Positions 54,864 through 64,000 of a stretch of DNA of 64,000 nt are shown here, piece after piece; position 1 is the first letter of the stretch, and each line of letters opens with the position of its first letter. Source of the stretch: Candidatus Accumulibacter necessarius (GTDB taxonomy: Bacteria > Pseudomonadota > Gammaproteobacteria > Burkholderiales > Rhodocyclaceae); assembly GCA_017302435.1 (NCBI GenBank), contig JAFLDL010000017.1, positions 14,492 through 78,491 on the forward strand, given 5' to 3'. The translations under genes and the position numbers were made by a program. Below the pieces are notes generated by a model. The model did no database searches, was not told where the DNA came from, and saw only the letters and a list, made by a program, of their open reading frames with translations.

Positions 54864-57446
54864 TCACTCCTCCATGGCGATCGGCAGATCGATACTGACC
54901 GTCGTGCCGCAGTCACTGTTCGGCTCGAAGCGCAATGCCCCGCCGTGTTTTTCGACGATCGACGACGAGATGGAAAGGCCCAGCCCGGTACCGCCGCTTT
55001 CGGCCTTCGTCGTGAAGAAGGGTTCGCCGATCTGCGCCATCACGTCCTCGGCAATTCCTTTTCCCTGATCCACGACTTCGACGATGATCCGGTTGCTGGC
55101 ACTGTCCAGCCTCGCTGAAACCTTGACCGACCGGCTGCGCTCGGGCAGCGACTCCAGGGCATTGACGATCACGTTGATGAACACCTGTTCCAGCTGCTGC
55201 ACATTCCCCCTCACCGTCGGCAGCACCTCGGGCAGGTCCAGGACAAAGCGATCGGTGTGCTTGCGAATGCGGGTTTCAAGCAGCGTTGCCACGGCCTGCA
55301 GCACTTTCCCGATATCTGCCAGCTCGTCCATGTGCCCCCGGTCCTGTTTGCCGAGATGCTTCAGGTTATCGACGATCTTCTGAATGCGTTTGCCGTTCTG
55401 GCCAATGTCGTTCATGCCGCGCGAGATGACCTCCCGCGCCTGCGCGAAGCTCAGGCCGGCAAGCAGGAACGATCCCTGCTCCTGCTCATACTCACCGAGA
55501 ATCGGCAACGCATCCTGCCAGATCCGGGCCAGCAGCGAAGCATTCGCCAGAATGGCGTGATTGGGATTGTTGATTTCGTGCGCGATGCCGGCCGAAAGCA
55601 CGCCCAGTGAGGCCAGGCGCGAGCTGCGGATAGCCTGCCATTGCAGCTTGCGGTTCTCGGTGATGTCGGTGACCACCACCATGGCCGCCATCACCGCCGC
55701 CTCCGAACTGATCGGCACCATCCGGACTTCCCACCAGGTGGCATCAGTCGACCGGTACTGGAAATGCTCGATTCGCCCACTTGAGAAGACATGTCGGAGC
55801 CTCTGCAGGTATCCCGACCGCACGTCGGGCGGCAGAATCAGTTCCGATCGCTTCTCGCCGGTGCCACCCGCCGGATACGGCAGGGGCCGGTTGGTAAACA
55901 GGATGTTGGCCTCACCATCAACCGTAAAGATCAGGTCGGGGGAGTGGTTGAACAGCGTACGCAACTTCGCCTCGGAGTCGCGCAAGGCGTCTTCCGCCAG
56001 CTTGTGCTCGGTAATGTCCTCCAGAAAGCCGACGATGCGACTCAGCTCGCCGCCCGTTTCGCGCACCGGAAATCCGCAGACACGCAGCCAGCGCCGGCCA
56101 CGGTCGCCACTCAACACCGGCAGGACGACGGTGAAACGGCCGCCCTCAACGCGCAGCTGGCTGATCGCCTCGACCAGCGTACGCCGGTCGTCGGCTTCGA
56201 AGACATCGAGCATCAGTGCCGGCGCGGGACTGTTGAGCCTGGCCTCACGCCCGGCAATCTGCCGGAACGCGGGGCCGATGTACTCGAGCCGCGACGCGTC
56301 GGCGTTGATCGCCCAGAACACGACATCGACCGTTTCCGCCAACTGGCGAAACAGTTCCTCGCGCTCGTAGATCGTCTGTGTCAACTGTATTCGATTGTCC
56401 AGTTCGCGCCGACTGCGTACCAGGTAGAAGCTGAGCAGGGCGGTAAACAGGATGCCGCCGAGCAGCACCGACCAATGCGCCTTGGTAAACGCTTCTGCAC
56501 TACGGAAGGTATGGGTGGCAACGCAAGTGACCGTCCATGTACGGTCGCCGACGGGAATGCTGACCACCATCCGCGGCTGATCCTCGTCCCCTGCCGGCAT
56601 CAGACCGCCGGCGGCGGCGGCGCGCGGCTCGAGGCGACTGGCGTAGAAGTGGAGAAACTGCGCATCAGCACCCGCCGAGTCGTCACGCACCAGCACCTCG
56701 ACACCGCGCGGCTCGAGCAGGCTGATGGCGACGTGAACCAGTTTCTCGATGTCGTAAACGCCGATCACGAAGCCAAGGGGATCGGGCCGTTTGCCGGGCG
56801 CGGCCGCGGAAACAGCACCACGCGCGGCACCCGGCGCATAGACCGGCAGCGCCGCGTAGATGACGGACACCGCTTCCCCGCCCGCCCGCGCAAGTTCCAT
56901 TCGTCCACTGACCGCGACATTGCCGGTCTCTCGCGCCCGCTGGAAGAGTGCCGCCAGTTCCCCGGTCGCGTTCAGATCGACGCCCTGCGCACTTCCCGGG
57001 CCAGCGCGAGACGCGGAAAGCAGTACCGGCACGCGCCAGTCGCCCGCACCCAACCCTTGCTCAGCCCGCGTGGCAGCACTCGCTGCCGGCGGGCGGCCGG
57101 GTGCCGTCCCGGGCAGCGCCTGCTGCGGGGAGGTCAGCAGCGGGGCCCACAACAGACTGTCGATGTACGGTCGGCGTTTGAGCACCGATTCGGTGAAAAC
57201 CAGGAAATCCTGCTCGTCGATTCCCTGCGCCGCATGGAACAGCCCCCGGATTTCCAGCAGCGCATCCAGGCCCTGGTCAACCACCGCCCGCAGGGACTGG
57301 ATGCGGTCCCCTGCGGCCCACTCGAACTCCTTGAGGTGGCTGGTCTGCAGTTCCTGCCGCACATTCCATGACGAGAGGCAGGTCAGCAGCACTCCACCGA
57401 TCGCCACTGCATAGGCGGCGGCATACTTTCGCAGATTGTCAAACAT
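54864..57446 (-). CDS. sensor histidine kinase (CHASE-like periplasmic domain, PAS domains, HisKA/HATPase)
   Basis: The N-terminal TM is followed by KEFEWAAGDRIQSLRAVVDQGLDALLEIRGLF...YIDSLLWAP (CHASE-like). H-box GIAHEINNPNHAIL; G-boxes DQGKGI, GTGLGLSISSSIVE. Its stop directly abuts the regulator start. Confidence 0.85.
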   Translation of the reverse strand: MFDNLRKYAAAYAVAIGGVLLTCLSSWNVRQELQTSHLKEFEWAAGDRIQSLRAVVDQGLDALLEIRGLFHAAQGIDEQDFLVFTESVLKRRPYIDSLLWAPLLTSPQQALPGTAPGRPPAASAATRAEQGLGAGDWRVPVLLSASRAGPGSAQGVDLNATGELAALFQRARETGNVAVSGRMELARAGGEAVSVIYAALPVYAPGAARGAVSAAAPGKRPDPLGFVIGVYDIEKLVHVAISLLEPRGVEVLVRDDSAGADAQFLHFYASRLEPRAAAAGGLMPAGDEDQPRMVVSIPVGDRTWTVTCVATHTFRSAEAFTKAHWSVLLGGILFTALLSFYLVRSRRELDNRIQLTQTIYEREELFRQLAETVDVVFWAINADASRLEYIGPAFRQIAGREARLNSPAPALMLDVFEADDRRTLVEAISQLRVEGGRFTVVLPVLSGDRGRRWLRVCGFPVRETGGELSRIVGFLEDITEHKLAEDALRDSEAKLRTLFNHSPDLIFTVDGEANILFTNRPLPYPAGGTGEKRSELILPPDVRSGYLQRLRHVFSSGRIEHFQYRSTDATWWEVRMVPISSEAAVMAAMVVVTDITENRKLQWQAIRSSRLASLGVLSAGIAHEINNPNHAILANASLLARIWQDALPILGEYEQEQGSFLLAGLSFAQAREVISRGMNDIGQNGKRIQKIVDNLKHLGKQDRGHMDELADIGKVLQAVATLLETRIRKHTDRFVLDLPEVLPTVRGNVQQLEQVFINVIVNALESLPERSRSVKVSARLDSASNRIIVEVVDQGKGIAEDVMAQIGEPFFTTKAESGGTGLGLSISSSIVEKHGGALRFEPNSDCGTTVSIDLPIAMEE

Positions 57447-57722
57447 GGGCGGCCATTAGAAGGTTGCTGTAGAGGGCTTCACCGGCGCAACTGCCTCAAT
57501 CGCCACTACCCGATCCGAACGAGCTTAGCAGAAACGGCCGCCGCCATGGGCCAAAAGTGGCAGGACTGGAGATAGCCGGTTCGGGTCAGGATCCGCAGCC
57601 ACCCTGGCCCACACCATGCCGCAGTTTGCGCTGCCGGTGTTCATCGTCATGGCTCGGCTCTCCGGCAGCAACACGCTCGGCGAAAAGCTGAGCTGAGCGG
57701 CTTCCCCTTCGGCCTTTGCCGT

Positions 57723-60700
57723 TCAGACAGGCGCTGTGCGATCGGGCGCCGTACGCGGCAACGTCAGGGTGAAGGTGGCGCCGTGCCCGGGAGAACTCTC
57801 GACCCCGATGGTCCCGCCCAGCACGCCGGTGACCAGATTGTACGCAATGTAAAGCCCCAGCCCGCTGCCGCCCTGCCCCAGACGGCTGGTGAAAAACGGT
57901 TCGAAAAGGCGATGAAGCGTCGCCGTCGGGATGCCCACCCCGTTGTCCACACAGCGCAGGACCACCTGTGTTTCGCCAACGGCCTGCGCCTGCAGCTCGA
58001 TGCAACCCTGCTCGATACCAACGAAGCCGTGCGTCAGGGAGTTGCCGACCAGATTGGTGATGACCTGTTCGAGCGGCCCGGGGTAACTGTCCATTTCCAG
58101 CCCGGCGGGAATATCGAGTTCGATCCGGTGCTGCGTTCGTTTGAACGTCAGGCGCAGCGTGACGAGCATTTCCTCGACCGTCTGGCGCAGGTCAAACGAG
58201 CGACGGCGAGCGCTGCTCTGGTCGACCGCCACCTGCTTGAAGTGGCCTACCAAATCAGCGGCGCGGGCGCTGTTGCGCTCCAGCAGCTCGACCGCCTCGC
58301 GACCGCGGTTGAGAAATCCGTCCATCTGCGAACGCCGCAGTTTGCCCGCTTCGACCGCACCGGCGAACTCGCGGAACTGCTCGCTGAGCAGGCTGGCAAC
58401 AATGCGCGTATTGCCCAGTGGCGTATTCAGCTCGTGTGCCACGCCGGCGACCAGATTACCCAGTGCGGCCAGCTTTTCCGCCTGGACAAGTTGCATCATC
58501 GCCTGCCGCAACTCGGCAGTCCGCTCGCTCACCATTTCCTCCAGGCGTTCGCGGTGGCGCTCGAGTTCCTCCTCGGCGCGCTTGCGCTCGGTAACGTCCG
58601 AGCCGACGCTGAAGACTTCCACCACCCGGCCCCAGTCATCGAAAACCGCCTTGTTGGTCCATGAAACCCACACCCGCTCGCCCCCGCGACGCATGTTCTC
58701 GGTCACCTTGCGTTCAAACTCGTCGGGATCCAGATGGATCGTCTCCACCAGAGAAAGCAGATCGTTGCTCTGGCCTGCCATCGGCGGTTGGATGGTGCCG
58801 ACCACCTGCCGGCCCAGCAGTTCCTCCTCCGAATAGCCGAAGAACTTGAGGCCAAACTCGTTGATGAAGGTGATCACGCCCGCCGGGGTCCAGCGCAGGA
58901 TGATGCTGTTGGCGTTCTCTACGAGTTCGCGGTACTTGAGTTCGCTTTCGAGCAATGCCTGCTCGGCGCGCTTGCGTTCGGTAATGTCGTTGACCAGTAC
59001 GAGTTCTGCCGGCCGCCCCTCGAAGGAGAGGGGGTGCGAGATGATCTCCACGTCAACCAGGGCGCCATCTTTCCGGCGATGTCGCCAGAAGCCAGCGTAA
59101 TCGCCCCTCTCCTCCACGGCGACGATATCCTCGCTCAGGAGCGGGCTGTCTTCGTCCGGGCTGAGGTCCATGATGGTCATGTCCTGGAACTCACTGCGGG
59201 AAAACCCGTAGCTGGCCACGGCGGCATCATTGACCGTCAGGAATGCCCGGGTTTCCGCGTCCAGAACCCACATCGCATGTGGATTGCTGTCAAACAGCAG
59301 TCGGTAGCGCGCCTCGCTTTCCTGCAGTGCCCTGTCCGTCCGGCCGCGCTCGAGCCGCATCCGCAGCACCGAGATGCCGAAGGCCAGATCTTCGGCGAGT
59401 TCGCTCAACAGAGCGACCTCGTCGCCGTCGAAGGCGTCCGCTGCCGCGGCGTAAATGCTCAAGGCACCCAGCGTCTGTTCCCCGACGATCAGCGGCAAGG
59501 CACACAAGGCGGCATAGCCACGCTCGACGGCCTCGGTACGCCAGGGCGTGAAGCGCGGATCGGCAGCGACGTTCGGGATCACGCAGGGGCGGCCGGTACG
59601 AATCGCCGTCCCATTGGCGCCACGCCCACGCTCGGCCTCCGCCCAGGTGGTATTCAGGCCCTCCAGATAACCTGCTTCATGACCGGCGTGTGCCATCGGC
59701 CGCACCGTGCGCTGCTCATCGTGCTCGGCGTAACCGACCCAGGCCATCCGGTAGCCGCCGACCTCGACGACGATGCGGCAGATGGTGCGCAGCAACTCGC
59801 TCTCGTCGGTTGCGCGAATCAGCGCCTGGTTACACTCGCTGATCATCCGCAACTGGCGGTTGGCCCGGCGAAGCGCCTCCTCGGCGCAACTGCGTTCGGT
59901 GATGTCGACGGCGACACCGATCACCTTGAGCGAACCGTCAGCCGCCCGCACCGGATTGAAATAGGTGTCGAAGAAGGTGTCGCCGAAGCGGGAGACGAAC
60001 TGCAGCGCCTCGCCACCGAGCGCTCGCTGCGCCTGGGCAGCGATCTCCGGGTAGTCGCGATAGAGCGTGAACAGGGACTGGCCGACCGCCTCGCCGGGCG
60101 TCAGGCCGGCACTCGCCAGACCTTTGCCTTCGCTGAGTTCGAAAACCCCCTCCTGATCGAACTGAAAAATCATCACCGGCGCGTTGCTGATCAACGACCG
60201 GTAGCGCGCCTCGCTGGCCGCCAGGTCGCGCTCGCGCTGGCGAATGGCCAGCGACATGCGATCGAGATCGTCGGCCAGGCTGTCGAATTCCCTGATCTGC
60301 GACAGCGGCCAGGATTGATCATAGTTGCCCTCGGCAATGGCATGCGCTTGTGCCGCATAGCGGCCAATTCGCCGTGCGAAGCCACGCGCCAGCAGCAGGG
60401 TGGCGCTGGTCGCCAGGAGCAGCGCCACCAGCGCGCCGGCAGCGAGGACCCAAAAGATGGACTGAAACGGCTGCAGGGCGTCGCTGCGCGGCTGCGCGAC
60501 GAGCACCGTCCAGCCGAGCTGCGGCACGCTGACCAGCGTGGCGATGAACTTCTCGCCTTCCAGTTCGAGCTCGTGGCTGACGAAGCGCCCGCGCAAGGCA
60601 TCGCCGACGATCGGCAGATGACCGAGGTTGAGTTGCTGGCCGCCGAGGCGACTGTGCGAATCCGCGATGATCTGGCCCTGGCGATCGAGGATCATGGTCG

Positions 60701-61295
60701 ACATCCCCGCTTCGGCCGGCAGGTGACCGATGAACTCGGCGAGCCGGTCAATGGCGACTTCGCCGACCAGTACCTGATTGCCCACCGGCATCGCCAGACT
60801 GACCGTCAGCCGGCCGCTGACGGCGGAGAGAAAAACGTCCGACCACACCGGCGCCTGCCGCTGGCGCGCTTCGCGCAGAACAGCCCAGCGCGAGAGGTCG
60901 ACCGCCAGCAGGTCTTCCCGCAGGCGCCGCTGTCCCGGCGGCAGGCCAACCGCGTACACGGAGTCAGCCGCGTCCGCGACATAGATCGCCGCGAATACCT
61001 CGCCGGATCCCACGTGCGCATCGAGAATCGGTTCGAACCAGAACGACGCCGGCTGCAAACCCCGCTGCTGCAGATACTCGGCTACAGCCGACAACTCGCG
61101 CCCGGCACTGCGCAGGTGCACTTCGACCTGGCCGGAGATGGCGCGAGCCAGGGCCTGGTGACGGGTTTCGATCTCCGCCAGCACCTGCGGCAGCAGCACC
61201 CACAGGAGCAGCGCGGCAACCAGCAGCAACGGCAGCATGCCTGCCAGCAGGAAGCGCAGCGCCAGCCACGGTCGAAGGGGCTTTGCCCAGGACAT
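57723..61295 (-). CDS. large multi-domain sensor histidine kinase (Cache-like, HAMP, several PAS, GAF, HisKA/HATPase)
   Basis: 1190 aa. N-terminal TM, periplasmic Cache-like region, second TM. PAS-like repeats. GAF (ICRIVVEVGGYRMAWVGYAEHDEQ...GALSIYAAAADAFD). H-box GVAHELNTPLGN. DNGVGI, GSGLGLYIAYNLV. Confidence 0.85.
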   Translation of the reverse strand: MSWAKPLRPWLALRFLLAGMLPLLLVAALLLWVLLPQVLAEIETRHQALARAISGQVEVHLRSAGRELSAVAEYLQQRGLQPASFWFEPILDAHVGSGEVFAAIYVADAADSVYAVGLPPGQRRLREDLLAVDLSRWAVLREARQRQAPVWSDVFLSAVSGRLTVSLAMPVGNQVLVGEVAIDRLAEFIGHLPAEAGMSTMILDRQGQIIADSHSRLGGQQLNLGHLPIVGDALRGRFVSHELELEGEKFIATLVSVPQLGWTVLVAQPRSDALQPFQSIFWVLAAGALVALLLATSATLLLARGFARRIGRYAAQAHAIAEGNYDQSWPLSQIREFDSLADDLDRMSLAIRQRERDLAASEARYRSLISNAPVMIFQFDQEGVFELSEGKGLASAGLTPGEAVGQSLFTLYRDYPEIAAQAQRALGGEALQFVSRFGDTFFDTYFNPVRAADGSLKVIGVAVDITERSCAEEALRRANRQLRMISECNQALIRATDESELLRTICRIVVEVGGYRMAWVGYAEHDEQRTVRPMAHAGHEAGYLEGLNTTWAEAERGRGANGTAIRTGRPCVIPNVAADPRFTPWRTEAVERGYAALCALPLIVGEQTLGALSIYAAAADAFDGDEVALLSELAEDLAFGISVLRMRLERGRTDRALQESEARYRLLFDSNPHAMWVLDAETRAFLTVNDAAVASYGFSRSEFQDMTIMDLSPDEDSPLLSEDIVAVEERGDYAGFWRHRRKDGALVDVEIISHPLSFEGRPAELVLVNDITERKRAEQALLESELKYRELVENANSIILRWTPAGVITFINEFGLKFFGYSEEELLGRQVVGTIQPPMAGQSNDLLSLVETIHLDPDEFERKVTENMRRGGERVWVSWTNKAVFDDWGRVVEVFSVGSDVTERKRAEEELERHRERLEEMVSERTAELRQAMMQLVQAEKLAALGNLVAGVAHELNTPLGNTRIVASLLSEQFREFAGAVEAGKLRRSQMDGFLNRGREAVELLERNSARAADLVGHFKQVAVDQSSARRRSFDLRQTVEEMLVTLRLTFKRTQHRIELDIPAGLEMDSYPGPLEQVITNLVGNSLTHGFVGIEQGCIELQAQAVGETQVVLRCVDNGVGIPTATLHRLFEPFFTSRLGQGGSGLGLYIAYNLVTGVLGGTIGVESSPGHGATFTLTLPRTAPDRTAPV

Positions 61296-61342
61296 TGATT
61301 TACCGGACCATCACGAACGGTTCATAGGACGGGCGCCCCTGC

Positions 61343-61975
61343 TCAATGTCCGAGCGCGGGAAAGAGCTTGATCAAACCATCGGCCATCACCTCGACGGCG
61401 ATCGCCGCGAGGATCAGACCCATCAGCCTGGTCATCACGTTGATGCCGGTCTGGCCCATGAACCGGCCAATGCGACCAGCCGCCGAAAGCGCCAACCAGG
61501 TTGCCAGGCCGATGACCAGCCCATAGATGACGAGCACGCCGAGTTGCCAGAAATCGCGTGCCTTTTCGGCATAGATCACCACCGTCGAGATCGACGCAGG
61601 ACCGGTCAACAGGGGGATGGTCAGTGGCACAACGGCGATGCTGGCCCCGGAATCGGCACGGCTGGCGCCGTCGTCGACGTCCTGTCCGCTTGATTCAGCT
61701 GGCTGCGCATTGAGCATGTGCATGGCGCTGATCAGCAGCAGCAAGCCGCCGCCAACCTCGAACGAGGCCAGCGAGATGCCGAAGAACTGCAGCACCTTGA
61801 GGCCCGCCAGAGCACTGGTGGCGATGACGACAAAAGCCGTGAACGCGGCGACGCGAATCGTCTTCGCTCGCTGCGCAAGACTGAAATTGCGCGTGAAATG
61901 GATGAAGAACGGGATGACGCCGATCGGGTTGACGATCGCGAGCAGCGTGATCAACGGTTTGATCGGGAAATCCAT
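61343..61975 (-). CDS. MarC-family (UPF0056) integral membrane protein
   Basis: MDFPIKPLITLLAIVNPIGVIPFFI... is the characteristic MarC N-terminus, with 6 predicted TM helices. Confidence 0.8.
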   Translation of the reverse strand: MDFPIKPLITLLAIVNPIGVIPFFIHFTRNFSLAQRAKTIRVAAFTAFVVIATSALAGLKVLQFFGISLASFEVGGGLLLLISAMHMLNAQPAESSGQDVDDGASRADSGASIAVVPLTIPLLTGPASISTVVIYAEKARDFWQLGVLVIYGLVIGLATWLALSAAGRIGRFMGQTGINVMTRLMGLILAAIAVEVMADGLIKLFPALGH

Positions 61976-62143
61976 GGCCTCCAGAGCGCCCGAATGGCGA
62001 CCCGGCAAGGGTTGAAAAGCGCTAGTCTAGCGCGATCGATCGCGCTCTGCCTGTGCTGGAGAGCGCTCCCGCGGCGCCAATGCCGGCCCGCGGCAGCGGC
62101 TTGGGAGTAGAATTGGCGCCGTCTCCTCTGCTGAAGCCCTGCA

Positions 62144-62995
62144 ATGCAATCCCTGTGGATGGTCCTGGCCAGCCTGCTGTTCGCCTGCATGGGCGTCTGT
62201 GTCAAGTTGGCAGCCGCCACCCATTCGGCCGTGGAAATCGTCTTCTACCGCAGCTTTCTCTCGCTGATCCTGATGTATGCCCTGGTTCGCCTGCGCGGCG
62301 TATCGCTGAGGACGCCGCACTGGCGCTGGCAGGTCAGCCGCGGCGTGGTCGGTTTCTCGGCGCTGTTTGCCTATTTCTGGGCACTCACGCTGCTGCCGCT
62401 GGCCACCGCGGTGACGCTCAACTACACCTCGGCCATTTTCCTGGCAATCTGCCTGGCACTGTCCGGCCAGCGCCTGACTGGCGGGATTCTCGGCGCCCTG
62501 GCACTCGGCCTGGCGGGGGTTGGCCTCCTCCTCAAGCCGACGCTGCACGCCGACCAACTGGTCGGTGGCCTGATCGGCCTGGGTTCCGGGTTACTCGCCG
62601 GCATCGCGTATTTCAGCGTTCGCGAACTGGGCTCACGCGGCGAACCGGAGACGCGCACGGTCTTCTATTTTTCGCTCGTGTCGTCGATATGCGGCAGCGT
62701 CTGGCTGCTGATTTCCGACATCCACCCGGTCGACCTGCACAGCGGGGCGTTGTTGCTCGGCGTCGCGACGTTCGCCACCGCCGCCCAGTTGGCAATGACC
62801 CGCGCCTACGCTGGCAGCAGGACCTTGATGGCGGCGGCTCTGGCCTACAGTACCGTCATCTTTGCCAGCCTCTTCGGCATGCTGATCTGGCACGAAACGC
62901 ACGATCTCTGGTCTTGGCTGGCGGTCGCGTTGATCGTCCTGTCGGGACTGGCGGCGACACATTTCTCGCCGGTGACGCTGGCTCGGAGACCGTGA
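62144..62995 (+). CDS. EamA/DMT-family transporter
   Basis: MQSLWMVLASLLFACMGVCVKLAA..., 10 hydrophobic segments forming two EamA-like halves. Confidence 0.85.
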   Translation: MQSLWMVLASLLFACMGVCVKLAAATHSAVEIVFYRSFLSLILMYALVRLRGVSLRTPHWRWQVSRGVVGFSALFAYFWALTLLPLATAVTLNYTSAIFLAICLALSGQRLTGGILGALALGLAGVGLLLKPTLHADQLVGGLIGLGSGLLAGIAYFSVRELGSRGEPETRTVFYFSLVSSICGSVWLLISDIHPVDLHSGALLLGVATFATAAQLAMTRAYAGSRTLMAAALAYSTVIFASLFGMLIWHETHDLWSWLAVALIVLSGLAATHFSPVTLARRP

Positions 62996-63132
62996 GGCAG
63001 AGGTGTGGCCGGAAAAAACGGCCATCCCCGCGCGAGCGGCAATCGAATTCGTCGGCAGCAACGCGGACAGGCTCGCCGGAAGAGAGACTGCGGCATTCGG
63101 TGCGGTGCTAAACGCTCGGGCGCACCATGCGA

Positions 63133-63452
63133 TCAACCTCCGAGTAAGCCGAGCGCCTCACGCGCCGTCAAGATGCGGGTGCCCTGATGACTTGAGAGGC
63201 TAAACCGGTCCCTTTTGTCACCGGTCACGAGAAGGTCGGCCTGGCCGGCCTGGGCCATCGCCAAGAGAAAATTGTCGTAAGGGTCAGCGAAACATCGAGC
63301 GTCGGCAAATTTTCGATGAGGGTTGCCAAGCGGCGGCGGTCATTGACGAGGCGTCCGGCCTCTGCTTGGTGGATGCGGAAACGGATACCTTGCCGGCGCG
63401 TGACCCGGCGAATTTCTTCAATCGTGCTCGACAGGGCGCAGGAAACACAATC
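63133..63452 (-). pseudogene. decayed PIN-family toxin gene (frameshifted, N-terminally truncated)
   Basis: One minus-strand frame gives ...CFADPYDNFLLAMAQAGQADLLVTGDKRDRFSLSSHQGTRILTAREALGLLGG*, the typical C-terminus of TIGR00305-type PIN toxins (DpxDnxfLxxAxxxxAdxLVTGDk). The upstream part (STIEEIRRVTRRQGIRFRIHQAEAGRLVNDRRRLATLIENLPTLDVS) is in a different frame, with the shift near 63290. The N-terminal acidic motif region is missing. Confidence 0.45.
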
Positions 63453-63522
63453 CTATACATGTAGACGTGGAGCATGAGGTAACAAGGCTTGGAGGTCATC
63501 GCAGGGAACCACGGGGCGACGG

Positions 63523-63820
63523 ATGGAAGATAACATATGGATGAATATGGGTGTAAATACGGGTAACGACGATGACTTTATGCTGAAAACTGACACCATT
63601 CAGATCACGCCGGAGTTGCTGGTGCTGATTGCCGAGGTTGACGAGTTCAAAGGCGCGTGGCTCGCCCTTGGCACCCTTGCGCCTGAGCGCTTACGGGCGC
63701 TGCGCCACGTCGCCGCCATGCGAGCCGCAACACACTCAAAGAGCATTTCAAACGATTGGGGGAACAAGCCTACCTTGTCCGCCACGGCACCGGCAAAGCG
63801 ACCTGGTATGCCCTGCCTTG
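63523..63820 (+). pseudogene. internally deleted Fic-family gene remnant
   Basis: The N-terminal piece ITPELLVLIAEVDEFKGAWLALGTLAPERLRALRHVA matches the conserved Fic N-terminal region. A different frame ends in HFKRLGEQAYLVRHGTGKATWYALP*, a typical wHTH C-terminus. The HxFx(D/E)GNGR core is absent. Confidence 0.45.
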
Positions 63821-64000
63821 ATTAAAACGAGAAAAATAAAGACCGATGCTTTAGGTCCAAGCGTCTCGAAGGCCTAGTCAACAAACAACAAGGCGGCGAA
63901 GTAATCCTCATCGTCCTAACGATGGCGGTGATCGCTGGCCCGCCAGGCGACCTCGGCCAAGCTCAAACCGCGGGGAAAAGGCGCGCCAGGTGCGCGTCGT

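Noticed and set aside
57447-57722. 276-bp gap between the two sensor kinase genes (possible small gene, promoter or terminator)
   Set aside because: It contains only a 21-codon ORF and weak hairpins. There is no -24/-12 match and no GTTRCACC boxes, so nothing is supportable.
58734-61298. 854-aa plus-strand ORF; also 55791..57371, 53709..55118 and 27421..29577
   Set aside because: They are antisense to sensor kinase, regulator and CoA-transferase genes that carry unambiguous catalytic motifs. They are low-complexity shadow ORFs.
1-64000. CRISPR arrays, rRNA/tRNA genes, IS elements, integrases
   Set aside because: I saw no regularly spaced direct repeats, no conserved rRNA/tRNA sequence blocks and no transposase- or integrase-like translations in any frame. 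The only repeat found is the 68-bp mnmA duplication.

Overview
High-GC proteobacterial chromosomal window. Gene order such as nudJ-mnmA and ilvE/Zn-finger/waaF looks betaproteobacterial, but that is inference only. I saw no rRNA, tRNA, CRISPR array, transposase or integrase. Most of the window is housekeeping or core: UvrD-like helicase, mnmA, nudJ, ilvE, waaF, algC-type phosphomannomutase, rpoH, fadD, CoA-transferase, two SulP transporters, AlkA-like glycosylase. Three regions stand out. (1) 47.0-61.3 kb is a block on the minus strand only: two large sensor kinases, an NtrC-type sigma-54 activator, then three transcription units (PiT phosphate transporter + DUF47; a CHAD protein; an unknown protein + divergent DUF47-like protein). 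Each unit has a near-consensus -24/-12 promoter, and each promoter is preceded at the same spacing by the same pair of inverted GTTRCACC boxes. I read this as a compact, probably undescribed sigma-54 phosphate/polyphosphate regulon. (2) 7.7-17.6 kb is an accessory-looking locus that appears lower in GC by eye. It holds an RRM protein, a Zn-ribbon PP-loop amidotransferase-like enzyme, two FtsX/MacB-type permeases with no ATPase, a VAO-type FAD oxidase, a PEP-CTERM protein with its own sigma-54 promoter, and two N-acyl amino acid synthase-like genes, one fused to PilZ. Its right edge is a 68-bp duplicate of the mnmA 5' end. (3) 41.1-43.2 kb is a translationally coupled pair: a TIR-domain membrane protein and a TPR/OmpA-like lipoprotein. 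Smaller items are a crotonase gene remnant abutting the helicase start, a sensor-exonuclease fusion at the left edge, and decayed PIN and Fic genes at the right edge. Many long ORFs in the track are high-GC shadow frames and were rejected.
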